Source: an uncultured Methanosarcinales archaeon
GTDB lineage: Archaea; Nanobdellota; Nanobdellia; Woesearchaeales; GW2011-AR4
DNA: 64,000 nt
Direction of reading: 5' to 3'
NCBI GenBank assembly: GCA_964564925.1
Contig: CAZMBY010000001.1
Span: 37,929 to 101,928 of the forward strand
Part shown: one piece after another, positions 15,795 through 25,705 of the stretch
Layout: the number at the start of each line of letters is the position of its first letter
Position numbering within the stretch: position 1 is the stretch's first letter
Notes under the pieces: generated by a model
What the model saw: the letters and a program-made list of their open reading frames with translations, nothing else
Database searches by the model: none
What the model was told of the DNA's origin: nothing
Made by a program: the position numbers and the translations under genes

Positions 15795-16949
15795 ATGAGA
15801 AAGGCTTTGATATTATTATTTGTGGTTTTGAGCATATTTGTACTGCAAATTAAGCATGCGTACAGCCCATCAGTAGGCATAGGCTTGCAGATAAACTCAA
15901 CAGATAGCGGCTCGTCTTCCTCGACAAGCTCCAGCAGCTCAGGTGGTGGAGGAAGTTCTGGAGGAGCGGGAGGTGGGGGTGGAGGCGAGGTTCTTACACC
16001 AGTTGAGCCGGGATTTACCCTCAATAAGAATTCGCTTAAAGTGGTTTTAAGGCAGGGCGAACAAAAAGAGGATTCCTTTGAAATAAGGAATACCGGCAAC
16101 ACAATACTAGACATATCGACTGACCTTAAGAGCTTGAAGAAGTTTTTATTCTCTCCAACCCAAGACACTTTAAAGAATACATTAAATCCCGCTGAATCTG
16201 AGTCAGTAGACCTTGTCTTTGGCGCTGATGAGGAGATGAAGCCGGATGTTTACAGCGGCGAAATATCAGTAAAAAGCGGAGAATTGGAAAAGATAATCAA
16301 CACAATCATAGAGGTGGAGTCTGCCAAGCCGCTGTTTGATGTTGATGTGCAGGTATTGCCGGAATTCAAAAGCCTATATCCAGGAGACGAGATAACAATC
16401 CAGGTCTCTTTGTTTAATGTCAGGGGGTTTGGAAGGGTTGATGTGCTTATAGAATACTCTATAAGGGATTTTAAAGGCAATGTGATAGCTGCAGAGGAAG
16501 AAACTGTGGCTGTTGAAACCCAAGCCAAGTTTGTAAGGCAACTTTTAGTTCCAAGCGACCTGAAGCCAGGAACTTACATTTCCGCTGTTAAGGTCACTTT
16601 TGGGGATTCGGTGGGGACGAGCTCTGATTTGTTTGAAGTCAAAGCCAAAACCATAAAGCTGTATCCCACATTGCTGAAGAATTATAAGCCATATTTATTT
16701 GTTGGAATTGCATTTGCAGTCCTAGTGGCTTTTTTTCTTATAAGGTATGAATTCAATCCGAGAAAAAGGTATGTTCCTGTTACAAAAGAAGGTGCCAAAA
16801 AAGTGATTAGATCAGAGGCTAAGATGCAGAAACTGGGGAAGGAGCTTCGCGCTATAGAAGGCGCCTATAAATCAGGCTTCATTTCTAAGCAAACTTACTT
16901 AAAAGACAAGATTAGGGTGGAAAAAGAGCTGAAAAAGCTGGGGAGATAA
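15795..16949 (+). CDS. Membrane-anchored protein with Ser/Gly linker and two Ig-like (CARDB-like) domains
   Basis: Signal peptide; SSSS/GGGG linker; FEIRNTGN..PDVYSGEI and DLKPGTY motifs; TM; short cytoplasmic helical tail. Confidence 0.7.
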   Translation: MRKALILLFVVLSIFVLQIKHAYSPSVGIGLQINSTDSGSSSSTSSSSSGGGGSSGGAGGGGGGEVLTPVEPGFTLNKNSLKVVLRQGEQKEDSFEIRNTGNTILDISTDLKSLKKFLFSPTQDTLKNTLNPAESESVDLVFGADEEMKPDVYSGEISVKSGELEKIINTIIEVESAKPLFDVDVQVLPEFKSLYPGDEITIQVSLFNVRGFGRVDVLIEYSIRDFKGNVIAAEEETVAVETQAKFVRQLLVPSDLKPGTYISAVKVTFGDSVGTSSDLFEVKAKTIKLYPTLLKNYKPYLFVGIAFAVLVAFFLIRYEFNPRKRYVPVTKEGAKKVIRSEAKMQKLGKELRAIEGAYKSGFISKQTYLKDKIRVEKELKKLGR

Positions 16950-17095
16950 ACAGGCAATAAAAGGAAAATTTTAAATTTTAGTTATATCAAACTAAATATT
17001 GAATTTCAAGCCCAAAAAAATTATGGATATTTCTTTTTCATCTTTTCTAAATTGTGAAATAGATAATTAATGAAAAACAAAAATTATTAAAGCGA

Positions 17096-18886
17096 ATGCA
17101 GTTACAGAAGGAAATGAGAATTTGGATTGTTTTCTTAATCGCAGTTTTGCTGGTAGCTCCAAATGCATTTGCCAAGCAGGGCCATATGAAGCTGCTTGCT
17201 GTCCGAGAGACAGAAAACGGGTATGAAGGCGGCATTGCGGACCTCTACTTGGAAATAAAGCCGGGCTCTGGCAGGGTTTTTTTGGAAACATTCCCCTTGA
17301 CAAAAACAGACACCCAAATGTCGACGAGGTTTGCGAAGGCGATAGCCTGTGACGCTCTAGAAAAGGATTGCGATGATGTTGATTTCTTTTACACAATAAC
17401 TGCGGACTCTGCCATAATAGCCGGGCCGAGCGCAGGCGCATCGATAGCAGTCCTTACGGTTGCAATGCTTGAAGGCCTGTCATTAAATGAGAAGTACGCG
17501 ATAACAGGAACAATAAATTCCGGAGGCCTCATAGGCCCTGTCGGCGGCTTAAAAGCAAAGGTTGAGGCTGCAAAAAGAGCAGGATTGAAGACGGTTTTCA
17601 TACCTGCAGGAGAGATAGTTGCAAAGGTGGACAACACGACAACAGACCTTAGAAACCTGTCAAGAGAGCTTGGCATAGGCATCGTTGAAGTATCAACTCT
17701 TGGAGAATCTGTCAAGAAGTTCACAGGCAGAGAAATAATTCAAAACTTCAAAGTTATAGATATAGACGAGCAGTATAAAACTACAATGAAGACTCTGGCA
17801 AATGACCTTTGCGACAGAAGCAATAAGCTGAAAGCAGAGGTAGAAAAGGTAGCCTTATCCGGCAATCTTTCTCAAATAAAGGAAATTGCCTACAACCTGA
17901 CCATAAAAGGCAAGGAAGCGTTTGAAAAGCAAACGTTTTACTCGTCTGCAAGCTACTGTTTTGGTGCAAATGTTGAGCTGTCTACCCTGCTGTTCATTCT
18001 CAAAAATTTTTCCAGGGACGCTGCAATCAAAGAGATGCATAAATTAAATGAGGAGATAGTCCAGTTCAGGACAAGAGTTGAAAAACAGGAGAGGAAGACA
18101 ATTACAGACTTGGAAGCCTATATTGTCGTGAAAGAAAGGCTTGCTGAAGCAGAAGATTCTGCCATTCAATCTATTGAGATATTGAACAGGACTAATAAAA
18201 CAGAGAGGGCTGCACGGTCTTTTGCGTATGCATCTGAGAGGGTTAACTCTGCCAATTCGTGGGCAACTTTTCTTGGAAAGAACGGCAAGTCTTTCAACTT
18301 AAACAAAGACGTGCTGAAAAAATCATGCCAAAACAAGATAAGCGAAGCTGACGAAAGAATGCAGTATGTTGAGCTTTATTTTCCCGCTACATTGGAGAGC
18401 ATAAAAAGAGAGATTGAAAAAGCCGGAAATGAGCTTGAAAATGGCAATTACGAGCTGTGCCTGTCTATGGCGAGCAGGGCAAAGGCTGATGTCGATATCA
18501 TACTCAGCGTATTTGGCGTTGACAGCTCACAGTTTGAGAATATTCTTGAAAGAAAGCTGGAAATAGTGAAAAACAGCATTGCAAGCGAAGCTGCCAAGGG
18601 CATTTTCCCGATACTGGGGTACAGCTATTATGAGTACGCGATCTCCCTAAAAGACAGCGACATATACTCCGCTCTGCTGTATTCTGAATATGCGCTGGAA
18701 CTTGGCAACCTGGACATCTACTTTAAGGAAGAAAAGGAAAAGGCCTCAGTAAAAAAAAGGTTAAATGTCGATAAGAAAATGGTTTCTGTCTTTCTCATAG
18801 GGGTTATTGTTGGGCTCGCAGCATCATATACCATTAAACTAAAAAGTGCTGATAGGGCAAGAAAAAAGAAGAGCAAGCGAAAATAA
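17096..18886 (+). CDS. Secreted archaeal Lon-type (S16) serine protease without ATPase domain, with C-terminal TM
   Basis: GPSAG (catalytic Ser), TGTINSGGLIGPVGGLKAK (Lys); signal peptide. Confidence 0.88.
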   Translation: MQLQKEMRIWIVFLIAVLLVAPNAFAKQGHMKLLAVRETENGYEGGIADLYLEIKPGSGRVFLETFPLTKTDTQMSTRFAKAIACDALEKDCDDVDFFYTITADSAIIAGPSAGASIAVLTVAMLEGLSLNEKYAITGTINSGGLIGPVGGLKAKVEAAKRAGLKTVFIPAGEIVAKVDNTTTDLRNLSRELGIGIVEVSTLGESVKKFTGREIIQNFKVIDIDEQYKTTMKTLANDLCDRSNKLKAEVEKVALSGNLSQIKEIAYNLTIKGKEAFEKQTFYSSASYCFGANVELSTLLFILKNFSRDAAIKEMHKLNEEIVQFRTRVEKQERKTITDLEAYIVVKERLAEAEDSAIQSIEILNRTNKTERAARSFAYASERVNSANSWATFLGKNGKSFNLNKDVLKKSCQNKISEADERMQYVELYFPATLESIKREIEKAGNELENGNYELCLSMASRAKADVDIILSVFGVDSSQFENILERKLEIVKNSIASEAAKGIFPILGYSYYEYAISLKDSDIYSALLYSEYALELGNLDIYFKEEKEKASVKKRLNVDKKMVSVFLIGVIVGLAASYTIKLKSADRARKKKSKRK

Positions 18887-18906
18887 CCCAAGCAGAACAA
18901 AATCGC

Positions 18907-18938
18907 ATGCGAGCAAGCTCATTGTGAACTCGCTCACA
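18907..18938 (+). repeat. Short dispersed repeat, also present in the tRNA-Trp intron (45375-45405)
   Basis: ATGCGAGcaAGCTCatTGtgAACTCGCTCACA vs ATGCGAGtgAGCTCg-TGcaAACTCGCTCACA; 26 of 32 identical. Confidence 0.65.
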
Positions 18939-19016
18939 ACTCACGTTGTCCTGCCGGGAAAAAAAGAGGTGATAGATTGTTACTTTATAATGGATTAAAC
19001 ATATTATCACTATAAA

Positions 19017-20009
19017 ATGGATAAACTAATATTTAAACTTTTCTGTTTGGGAGCGCTTTCTTTCTTGGTTATATTTTCATCCGGGTGCAAAAATGCAACA
19101 AGTTACGCGACAAAAGAAATTCCCTATGAAATCAATAAAGAGCCTGAGGCATACTTTTGCCCAGAAGATGACTGCGGCAAAGCTTATATTGGTCAAATCA
19201 AGTCTGCCAATGCCACTGTTCATTGCGCGTTTTACGACATAGATTTAAAGGAAATGGTCAATGCTCTTTCAAATAAGAGCAAAACAGCTGATGTAAAAGT
19301 TGTCATGGACAGCTCAAATTATGACGGACAAATCAAAGGGAATGCTGTAAAGTTCGATGGAAATGAGCAGCTGATGCACAATAAATTTTGCGTAATTGAC
19401 AATGAGATTGTGATAACAGGATCATTCAACCCTACAGATAACGACAATTACAGGAACAACAATAATGTTGTAGTCATTTATTCCAAAACACTTGCTAAAA
19501 ATTATGAGAGTGAGTTCGATGAGCTGTGGAACGGCAAATTTGGCCAAGGGACTAATGTCAATAGCCCGATTGCTTATGTGAACAGCATAAGGATTGAAAA
19601 TTATTTTTGCCCGGAAGATGGATGCGCATTGCGCATAATTGACTTGATTAAGAATGCTAAAAGAAGCGTGCATTTCATGTCATTCAGTTTTACTCATGAG
19701 GGTATTGCCGATGCCATAATAAGAAAAGATAACATAGATATCAAGGGGATTTTTGATTCGCAGCAATCTGCCATTAAATATTCCCAGTTCAAAAGATTGA
19801 ATGGGTTTGGGATTGATGTGAAAAAAGACCTGAATAAATACAAAATGCACCATAAAGTGTTCATCATAGACAATGAGACAGTTGCAACCGGCAGCTTCAA
19901 CCCCACATTGAGCGCTGACACCAAGAATGATGAGAATCTGATTGTCATACATGACAGAAGAATTGCTGGCGAATTCATGAAAGAGTTCTACAGTTTATGG
20001 GAAGAGTGA
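19017..20009 (+). CDS. Phospholipase D superfamily protein with two HKD domains, exported
   Basis: MHNKFCVID..TGSFN and MHHKVFIID..TGSFN; duplicated YFCPED; N-terminal hydrophobic segment ending SSGC. Confidence 0.9.
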   Translation: MDKLIFKLFCLGALSFLVIFSSGCKNATSYATKEIPYEINKEPEAYFCPEDDCGKAYIGQIKSANATVHCAFYDIDLKEMVNALSNKSKTADVKVVMDSSNYDGQIKGNAVKFDGNEQLMHNKFCVIDNEIVITGSFNPTDNDNYRNNNNVVVIYSKTLAKNYESEFDELWNGKFGQGTNVNSPIAYVNSIRIENYFCPEDGCALRIIDLIKNAKRSVHFMSFSFTHEGIADAIIRKDNIDIKGIFDSQQSAIKYSQFKRLNGFGIDVKKDLNKYKMHHKVFIIDNETVATGSFNPTLSADTKNDENLIVIHDRRIAGEFMKEFYSLWEE

Positions 20010-20072
20010 TACGTTATGAATTTTTCCAGAATAGAAAATTTTTTATATTATTTAGTAAAGTTATGGGATAAA

Positions 20073-20210
20073 ATGGCCGAGAAAGAAGAGGAGTCAGACG
20101 CTTACAATGACTCTGAAAAGAAGGAAGATGAAGAGTATAATGATGACATACAGGATGAGGAGGACAGTAATGACGATGAGGATTCTGAAGAGGAAGGGGA
20201 TGAGGAATGA
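20073..20210 (+). CDS. Very acidic 45-aa small protein
   Basis: 27 of 45 residues are D/E; TATA-like TTTTATATTA at about 20041-20050 argues for the ATG at 20073 rather than 20016. Confidence 0.55.
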   Translation: MAEKEEESDAYNDSEKKEDEEYNDDIQDEEDSNDDEDSEEEGDEE

Positions 20211-20387
20211 GCATTGGCCTTGTCATAATATAGCAAACGACACAAGCGTTTATACAATGATAAGTCGTTTGCTTATTACGAGGAGGCAACTATTGTATAA
20301 TTATTTTTGTCTGCAAGTATAGTGTCCATATAGGCGGCAAATTCTGCATATGGCAAATTTTAAAAATACAGCAGAAACATCATTCTT

Positions 20388-21287
20388 ATGGCTGAAGTTT
20401 TAGTTCTAGGCACAATTGCACTGGACACTATCCAGACTCCTTTTGGCAGCGTTAGAAAAGCCTTGGGTGGCAGCGCAACATATGCTTCCTTTGCAGCCAG
20501 CTTTTTTGCCAAGCCTGCAATCATGTCGATTGTCGGAAACGATTTTCCAGCGGAGTATCTCGAATTGATTAAGGACAGAGGAATAAATCTACAGGGTGTC
20601 AAGATAAGCGGCAAGACTTTCCATTGGGACGGATTTTATGACTTTGACATGAACGAGGCCAAGACAAGAAAAACAGAGCTAAACTCTTTGGAGAGCTTCA
20701 AGGTTGACGTCCCAAAGGGATATGATGAAGTTGAGTATGTTTTCCTGGCAAATATCGATCCTGAGAGGCAGCTGGAAATGCTGAAGCAGCTTAAAAAGCC
20801 AAAGCTTGTCGTGATGGACACAATGAATTTTTGGATTAGCCACAAGAAAGATCTTTTGCTTGATGCTGTAAAGAAAGTTGATGTCCTGCTTCTTAACGAC
20901 GGAGAGGCGCGGCAGCTTTTCAGCACCATCAGCCTTGTTAAAGCTGCAAAGGATGCCTTAAAATTGGGCCCAAAAGCCGTGATAATAAAGAAAGGCGAGC
21001 ATGGCGCATTATTATTCACAAAAAACAGGCATTTCAATGCTCCAGGCTACCCGTTGGAGAACATAAAGGATCCTACTGGATGCGGGGACTGCTTTGGAGG
21101 GGGGTTTATCGGCTATATTGCAAAAACAGGGGATTTCAGCGAGAGAAATTTCAGGAAAGCGGTTGTTTATGGAAGCGTAGTCGCAAGCCACAATGCTGAG
21201 GATTTTGGATTGAGCAGGCTGAAATCGCTGACAATGAAAGACATAGAGAACAGGTACAAGGAGTTCCAGGAGATAAGGGAATTCTAG
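20388..21287 (+). CDS. PfkB/ribokinase-family kinase (possibly nucleoside/adenosine kinase)
   Basis: LGGSATY, VGNDF, LLNDGEA and DPTGCGDCF motifs. Confidence 0.9.
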   Translation: MAEVLVLGTIALDTIQTPFGSVRKALGGSATYASFAASFFAKPAIMSIVGNDFPAEYLELIKDRGINLQGVKISGKTFHWDGFYDFDMNEAKTRKTELNSLESFKVDVPKGYDEVEYVFLANIDPERQLEMLKQLKKPKLVVMDTMNFWISHKKDLLLDAVKKVDVLLLNDGEARQLFSTISLVKAAKDALKLGPKAVIIKKGEHGALLFTKNRHFNAPGYPLENIKDPTGCGDCFGGGFIGYIAKTGDFSERNFRKAVVYGSVVASHNAEDFGLSRLKSLTMKDIENRYKEFQEIREF

Positions 21288-21385
21288 GATTGTAATGTCA
21301 AGGCAAGCCAAATGCTATAGGCATTTCTAAGATTCTTTTCATGGCAAAGTTCTATCAACAAAATTTGCGGGCTGGATAAAGCTGA

Positions 21386-22111
21386 TTATTGCTTGCAAAC
21401 AAAACACTGCCCTGTGAACAAAGGTATAGGAACCTCACTCTTGTCCTCAAAAAACTCGTCTATGGCTTCTTTCGCTCCTGCACAAGACATGAAGCTGTAG
21501 TCATCAAATAATATGATTCCGCCTTTGGCCATCTTATCATAAAAGTATTCACAGCCATCCATCATAGACTTGTAGATATCCACGTCAATATGCACAAGAG
21601 AATATCCCATGCCATCAGGCACGTTCCTTGCCGACTCTGGAAACAATCCTTTGAATATTTTAAAATTTTTTTCATGCAGGAAAGTCCTTACATCCCAGTG
21701 ATTTGCATTCAAATCGCCTTCCTGCCAGAAATTATCTTTAGCTTCGTTCACGCCAGGCATGCCTTCAAATGTGTCAAAGCAATAGATGTCTTTCTGTTTA
21801 TTGGAAGCCTCGTACATGATTCTTGCACTTCCCCCTCTATAAACTCCAAGCTCTGCAAAAACACCGTCTAATTCCCTGCAGTTTCTACAAAATTTGTAAA
21901 GAACGAAAGCCCTTTTCTTGTCCAATAGCATCCTTGACTTAACCTTTTGATAAACATGGTTGAACTCTGCATTCTTATCCCATATATAGTCCATGCCTTG
22001 AAATATTTTGCCAGTAAAATTAACTACATCCGGAAACGTTTTAGTTGCCAGTTTCCATCTTAATTCATCCGGCACCAGCCTGCTTGTTAAATGCCTTATT
22101 TGTTTAATCAT
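21386..22111 (-). CDS. TylF/MycF/NovP-family SAM-dependent O-methyltransferase
   Basis: ELGVYRGGS, FDTFEGMP, KGLFPES, VHIDVDIY and FDDY motifs. Confidence 0.9.
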   Translation of the reverse strand: MIKQIRHLTSRLVPDELRWKLATKTFPDVVNFTGKIFQGMDYIWDKNAEFNHVYQKVKSRMLLDKKRAFVLYKFCRNCRELDGVFAELGVYRGGSARIMYEASNKQKDIYCFDTFEGMPGVNEAKDNFWQEGDLNANHWDVRTFLHEKNFKIFKGLFPESARNVPDGMGYSLVHIDVDIYKSMMDGCEYFYDKMAKGGIILFDDYSFMSCAGAKEAIDEFFEDKSEVPIPLFTGQCFVCKQ

Positions 22112-22184
22112 TGATATAATCCTCCTTTTCGGTATTTTGATTATTTTATTCTTGTATTTTTCTTAATAAACAGGATGAATTGCA

Positions 22185-22616
22185 TCATATCTCTTCTTTC
22201 AAATTTGCAGTTGCGACCATTGTCAATGTGGATTGTATCTCTTTCTTGTCCTTTCTGAAGTCCAGGACAAACTTGTGGAACTCTTCCACATCCCTGAATT
22301 TTAATTTTATCAGCACGTCGTACTCGCCTGTTATTCCAAAAACTTCCTTCACGTGCCTGCTGTTGATCACTTTGCTGTCTATATAGTCTGAAGTGCTGCC
22401 CTTGACAAGCATTATCACAATGAAGTTTTCCCCGATGGCTTTGTCGTTTAATTTTATGGTAAATCTTTCAATTGATTTATTCCCAATCAGCTTTTGTATT
22501 CTCTGGTGGACTGTGCTAGGCCTTATCATGGTAAGCTTTGTGATTTCCCGTATAGATGCCCTAGAGTCATGCTTCAGGATTTCTATTATTTTTCGGTCTT
22601 TTGCATCTATAATCAT
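22185..22616 (-). CDS. Lrp/AsnC family transcriptional regulator
   Basis: IDAKDRKII..DSRAS..TVHQRIQKL HTH; ITGEYD RAM-domain motif; start trimmed to the ATG at 22616. Confidence 0.9.
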   Translation of the reverse strand: MIIDAKDRKIIEILKHDSRASIREITKLTMIRPSTVHQRIQKLIGNKSIERFTIKLNDKAIGENFIVIMLVKGSTSDYIDSKVINSRHVKEVFGITGEYDVLIKLKFRDVEEFHKFVLDFRKDKKEIQSTLTMVATANLKEEI

Positions 22617-22808
22617 ATGGCCAAAAGGCCCTCTGTCTCTTGTTTGGGGGTAAATCATTCTCGAGAGCCTTTTAAAATAGAAATTTTATAGGAAATATTT
22701 AAATATATCTATTTTTGTTCATAAAAAATGAAAGAAAATAGATATTTTACAAGTTTTGGCTAAAAAAGTATATAAATGTGCGTAAAGTTGCTTGTTCAGG
22801 TGATGGTC

Positions 22809-24074
22809 ATGGACAAAGGCAAAGATTATGAGGTCAAAGACATAGGATTGGCAGAGCAAGGATTCCTGAATTTGGAGATTGCAGAATCAAGGATGCAGGC
22901 TCTAATGAGGATAAAGGAACGATTCAAAAGAGAGAAGCCTCTGGATGGCGTCAGAATAGGAATGGCGCTTCACGTAACAAAGGAAACAGGAGTTCTTGTA
23001 AGAACCTTGATAGCTGGAGGAGCAGAAGTCGCAATCACAGGATGCAACCCATTAAGCACGCAAGACGATGTTGCTGCTGCATTGGCAAAGGAGAATGTCA
23101 AGGTCTGGGCTTACAAGGGTGAAACGAAAGAGGATTATTACAAATACCTAAACAATGTCATAGCGTTCAAGCCAAACATAACAATCGATGATGGCTGTGA
23201 CTTGGTGTCTGAAATCCACAAAAAGCACCAGCATTTGATTAAAGGCATGATTGCAGGATGCGAGGAAACAACAACAGGCGTGATAAGGCTGAAAGCCATG
23301 GAAAAAGACAATGCCTTAAGATATCCCATGATTGCAGTCAATGACAATAAGACAAAGCATTTGCTGGACAATTACATAGGGACAGGGGAATCTACATGGG
23401 ACGGGATTAAGAGAGGGACTAACGTGCTGGTTGCGGGAAAAAATGTTGTTGTGGCTGGATATGGGGACTGCGGAAAAGGAGTTTCCTTAAAGGCAAAAGG
23501 TATGGGCGCAAGAGTAATAGTGACAGAAGTGAATTCATTCAGGGCGCTGCAGGCTTTCTATGATGGATATCAAGTCATGAAAATGGACGATGCGGCAAAG
23601 ATTGGCGATATTTTTGTTACAGTTACTGGGAATAAGCATATCATAAAAGTTGAGCACATGAATCTAATGAAAGATGGGGCCATATTGGCAAATTCAGGCC
23701 ACTTCGACATAGAGATAGACTATGCAGGGCTAAAAAAGGCGGCAAAGAAAGTGAGAGAGATAAGGCCGCTGGTGGAGGAATTCACATTAAAGAATGGTAA
23801 AAAGATATTGACATTGGGACAATGCAGGCTTGTAAACCTATCCTTAGCGGAAGGGCACCCAAGCGAAGTCATGGATACTAGCTTCTGCGGCCAGTCTCTT
23901 GCATGCGAATATGCATCCAAGAACAGGGGCAGACTGCCAGCCAAAGTTATCGATCTTCCGGAGGAGATTGATGATGAAATTGCGCAGCTGAAATTAGAGG
24001 CTTATGGGGTTAGAATTGATAAGTTGGATAAGGAGCAGATTGAATACCTCAACTCCTGGGAAGAAGGGACTTAA
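22809..24074 (+). CDS. ahcY: S-adenosylhomocysteine hydrolase
   Basis: CNPLSTQD, DDGCDL, EETTTG, GYGDCGKG, NSGHFD and GHPSEVMD motifs; AGGTGA RBS before ATG 22809. Confidence 0.97.
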   Translation: MDKGKDYEVKDIGLAEQGFLNLEIAESRMQALMRIKERFKREKPLDGVRIGMALHVTKETGVLVRTLIAGGAEVAITGCNPLSTQDDVAAALAKENVKVWAYKGETKEDYYKYLNNVIAFKPNITIDDGCDLVSEIHKKHQHLIKGMIAGCEETTTGVIRLKAMEKDNALRYPMIAVNDNKTKHLLDNYIGTGESTWDGIKRGTNVLVAGKNVVVAGYGDCGKGVSLKAKGMGARVIVTEVNSFRALQAFYDGYQVMKMDDAAKIGDIFVTVTGNKHIIKVEHMNLMKDGAILANSGHFDIEIDYAGLKKAAKKVREIRPLVEEFTLKNGKKILTLGQCRLVNLSLAEGHPSEVMDTSFCGQSLACEYASKNRGRLPAKVIDLPEEIDDEIAQLKLEAYGVRIDKLDKEQIEYLNSWEEGT

Positions 24075-24280
24075 TTTATTGATTTTTATGCCGATAAAAA
24101 AGAAGGGAAAGCTCACTTTGCACGTCCTCAGGATTGGTATTTTAGACGAGCTACATGACTTCTATATATTCAACTTAGAAAGAATTCCCGAGAATAATTT
24201 AAAACTTAAATTTAATTGTACTTAAATAATTCTCAGCGCACCAATTGTTGCAATCACAAGAATAATCGACAATGTAAATC

Positions 24281-25021
24281 TCACTTAAACCCGGTTTCCT
24301 CTTTCTCCACCAAAGAAAACGGAGTCTGGTCGAATAGAACTTTCAGCCCGTCTTTGCCTATGGTGATAGGATAGACATCAAGGCTGTGGTCCTGGCCTCT
24401 GAGCTTTGCTACTGTGATAACTCGCTCAAAATAAGAGCCTTTCCTTATCCTTGAAAGCACGATAATTCCTTCAAAAACAAAATCCATCATATCAAATGTC
24501 AGCCTGTCAAAATCAGTGACAGACCTTTCAGAAGCCACCAAGAAAGTCACTCCGGCTTTTTTCATCTGCTGCATGAATATCAGGACCTGCCTTCTGAATT
24601 CCATCTTATTTCCATCAAACTTTGGATAAAGGTACTCAAAAAAAATTAGGGAGTCAAGCGCAACTCTCTTTATATTGTTCTTTTTTATTGCATCGAGCAA
24701 TCCCTTGATAGAAGAGATTCCTCCTTTTAATTCTGCTATCGGCTTTTGCACAAAAAATATCCTGCCTTTTTTTGTCATGGATTCAAGGTCCATTCCAAGG
24801 TTATTTGCGGTCTGATTCATCACCTCAAGGCTTTCCTCTGTTGAAATGAAAATGCCGTTCTCATTGCAGTCTTTTGCACCATAGTAGATAAACTGCAATG
24901 CGAGTATTGTCTTGCCTGTTCCGGGCGCCCCAGTCACTAAAATAGAAGAATTCTTCCTCAAGCCTCCTTTTAATACTTGATCTAGGCCCGAGACGCCTGT
25001 CTTTATCAGCTCTACTGCCAA
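24281..25021 (-). CDS. KaiC-like / RecA-superfamily single-domain ATPase
   Basis: IKTGVSGLD, Walker A GAPGTGKT, STEE, Walker B VALDS, KLRG. Confidence 0.9.
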   Translation of the reverse strand: MAVELIKTGVSGLDQVLKGGLRKNSSILVTGAPGTGKTILALQFIYYGAKDCNENGIFISTEESLEVMNQTANNLGMDLESMTKKGRIFFVQKPIAELKGGISSIKGLLDAIKKNNIKRVALDSLIFFEYLYPKFDGNKMEFRRQVLIFMQQMKKAGVTFLVASERSVTDFDRLTFDMMDFVFEGIIVLSRIRKGSYFERVITVAKLRGQDHSLDVYPITIGKDGLKVLFDQTPFSLVEKEETGFK

Positions 25022-25139
25022 AATATCACCCTTTTTGCTGTTTCAGTTCAAACTTATATAAAAGGCTTATGTTTTGCGGCTGCAATACGAAAAGTTTATA
25101 TTTAGAGTGATAGAGTTCATGCTTAAAAAAGTGGTGGAG

Positions 25140-25703
25140 ATGCTCGAATTTAAAGAAACTTTTGATAATGAGGTTAAAAGCCTAAAGGACTACATACTTC
25201 TTATAACAGTTGATGCAAAAAATTACCAAAAAACAGCTATCGATATTGTCAGGTCCTTAATAAATGAGCAGAATGTCCCGGGCGTTTATGTGACATTGAA
25301 TAAGCCATACGAAATAGCCCAGAGATTGCTTTTGGGCAATGGAATAGACCCCAGGCTGATCATCTTTATAGATGCTGCAACCAGAGCAGAAATCCCAAAG
25401 AAAGTTGAAAATTGCCTGTACATCGGAAGCCCGGAAAAATTAAGTGACATGTCTGTTGCTATGGACCAGGCTGTCAAGGCATTAACTACTGAAGAAAAAT
25501 TCTTGATTTTTGACTCCTTAAACACATTGGCTATCTTTAACAAGCCTGCAACTGTGGCCCGCTTCATATATTTTTTGACGGCAAAAATGCGGGAATGGAG
25601 GGTAAAAGGGATAGTGATCACGCTTGAAAAGGAGACTGACCAAGTGATTCTTGACCAACTTACACAGTCATCTGATTTTAGGATTGACATAGGAGGTGAC
25701 TAA
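25140..25703 (+). CDS. Inactivated KaiC-like ATPase domain protein
   Basis: GVYVTLNKPY, IFIDA, LIFDSLNTL, no Walker A; start moved to 25140 (TATA CGAAAAGTTTATATTT at 25088, GGTGGAG RBS). Confidence 0.7.
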   Translation: MLEFKETFDNEVKSLKDYILLITVDAKNYQKTAIDIVRSLINEQNVPGVYVTLNKPYEIAQRLLLGNGIDPRLIIFIDAATRAEIPKKVENCLYIGSPEKLSDMSVAMDQAVKALTTEEKFLIFDSLNTLAIFNKPATVARFIYFLTAKMREWRVKGIVITLEKETDQVILDQLTQSSDFRIDIGGD

Positions 25704-25705
25704 GA

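Noticed and set aside
24281..25021. Circadian KaiC or RadA
   Set aside because: Single domain, no KaiA/KaiB and no RadA N-terminal domain
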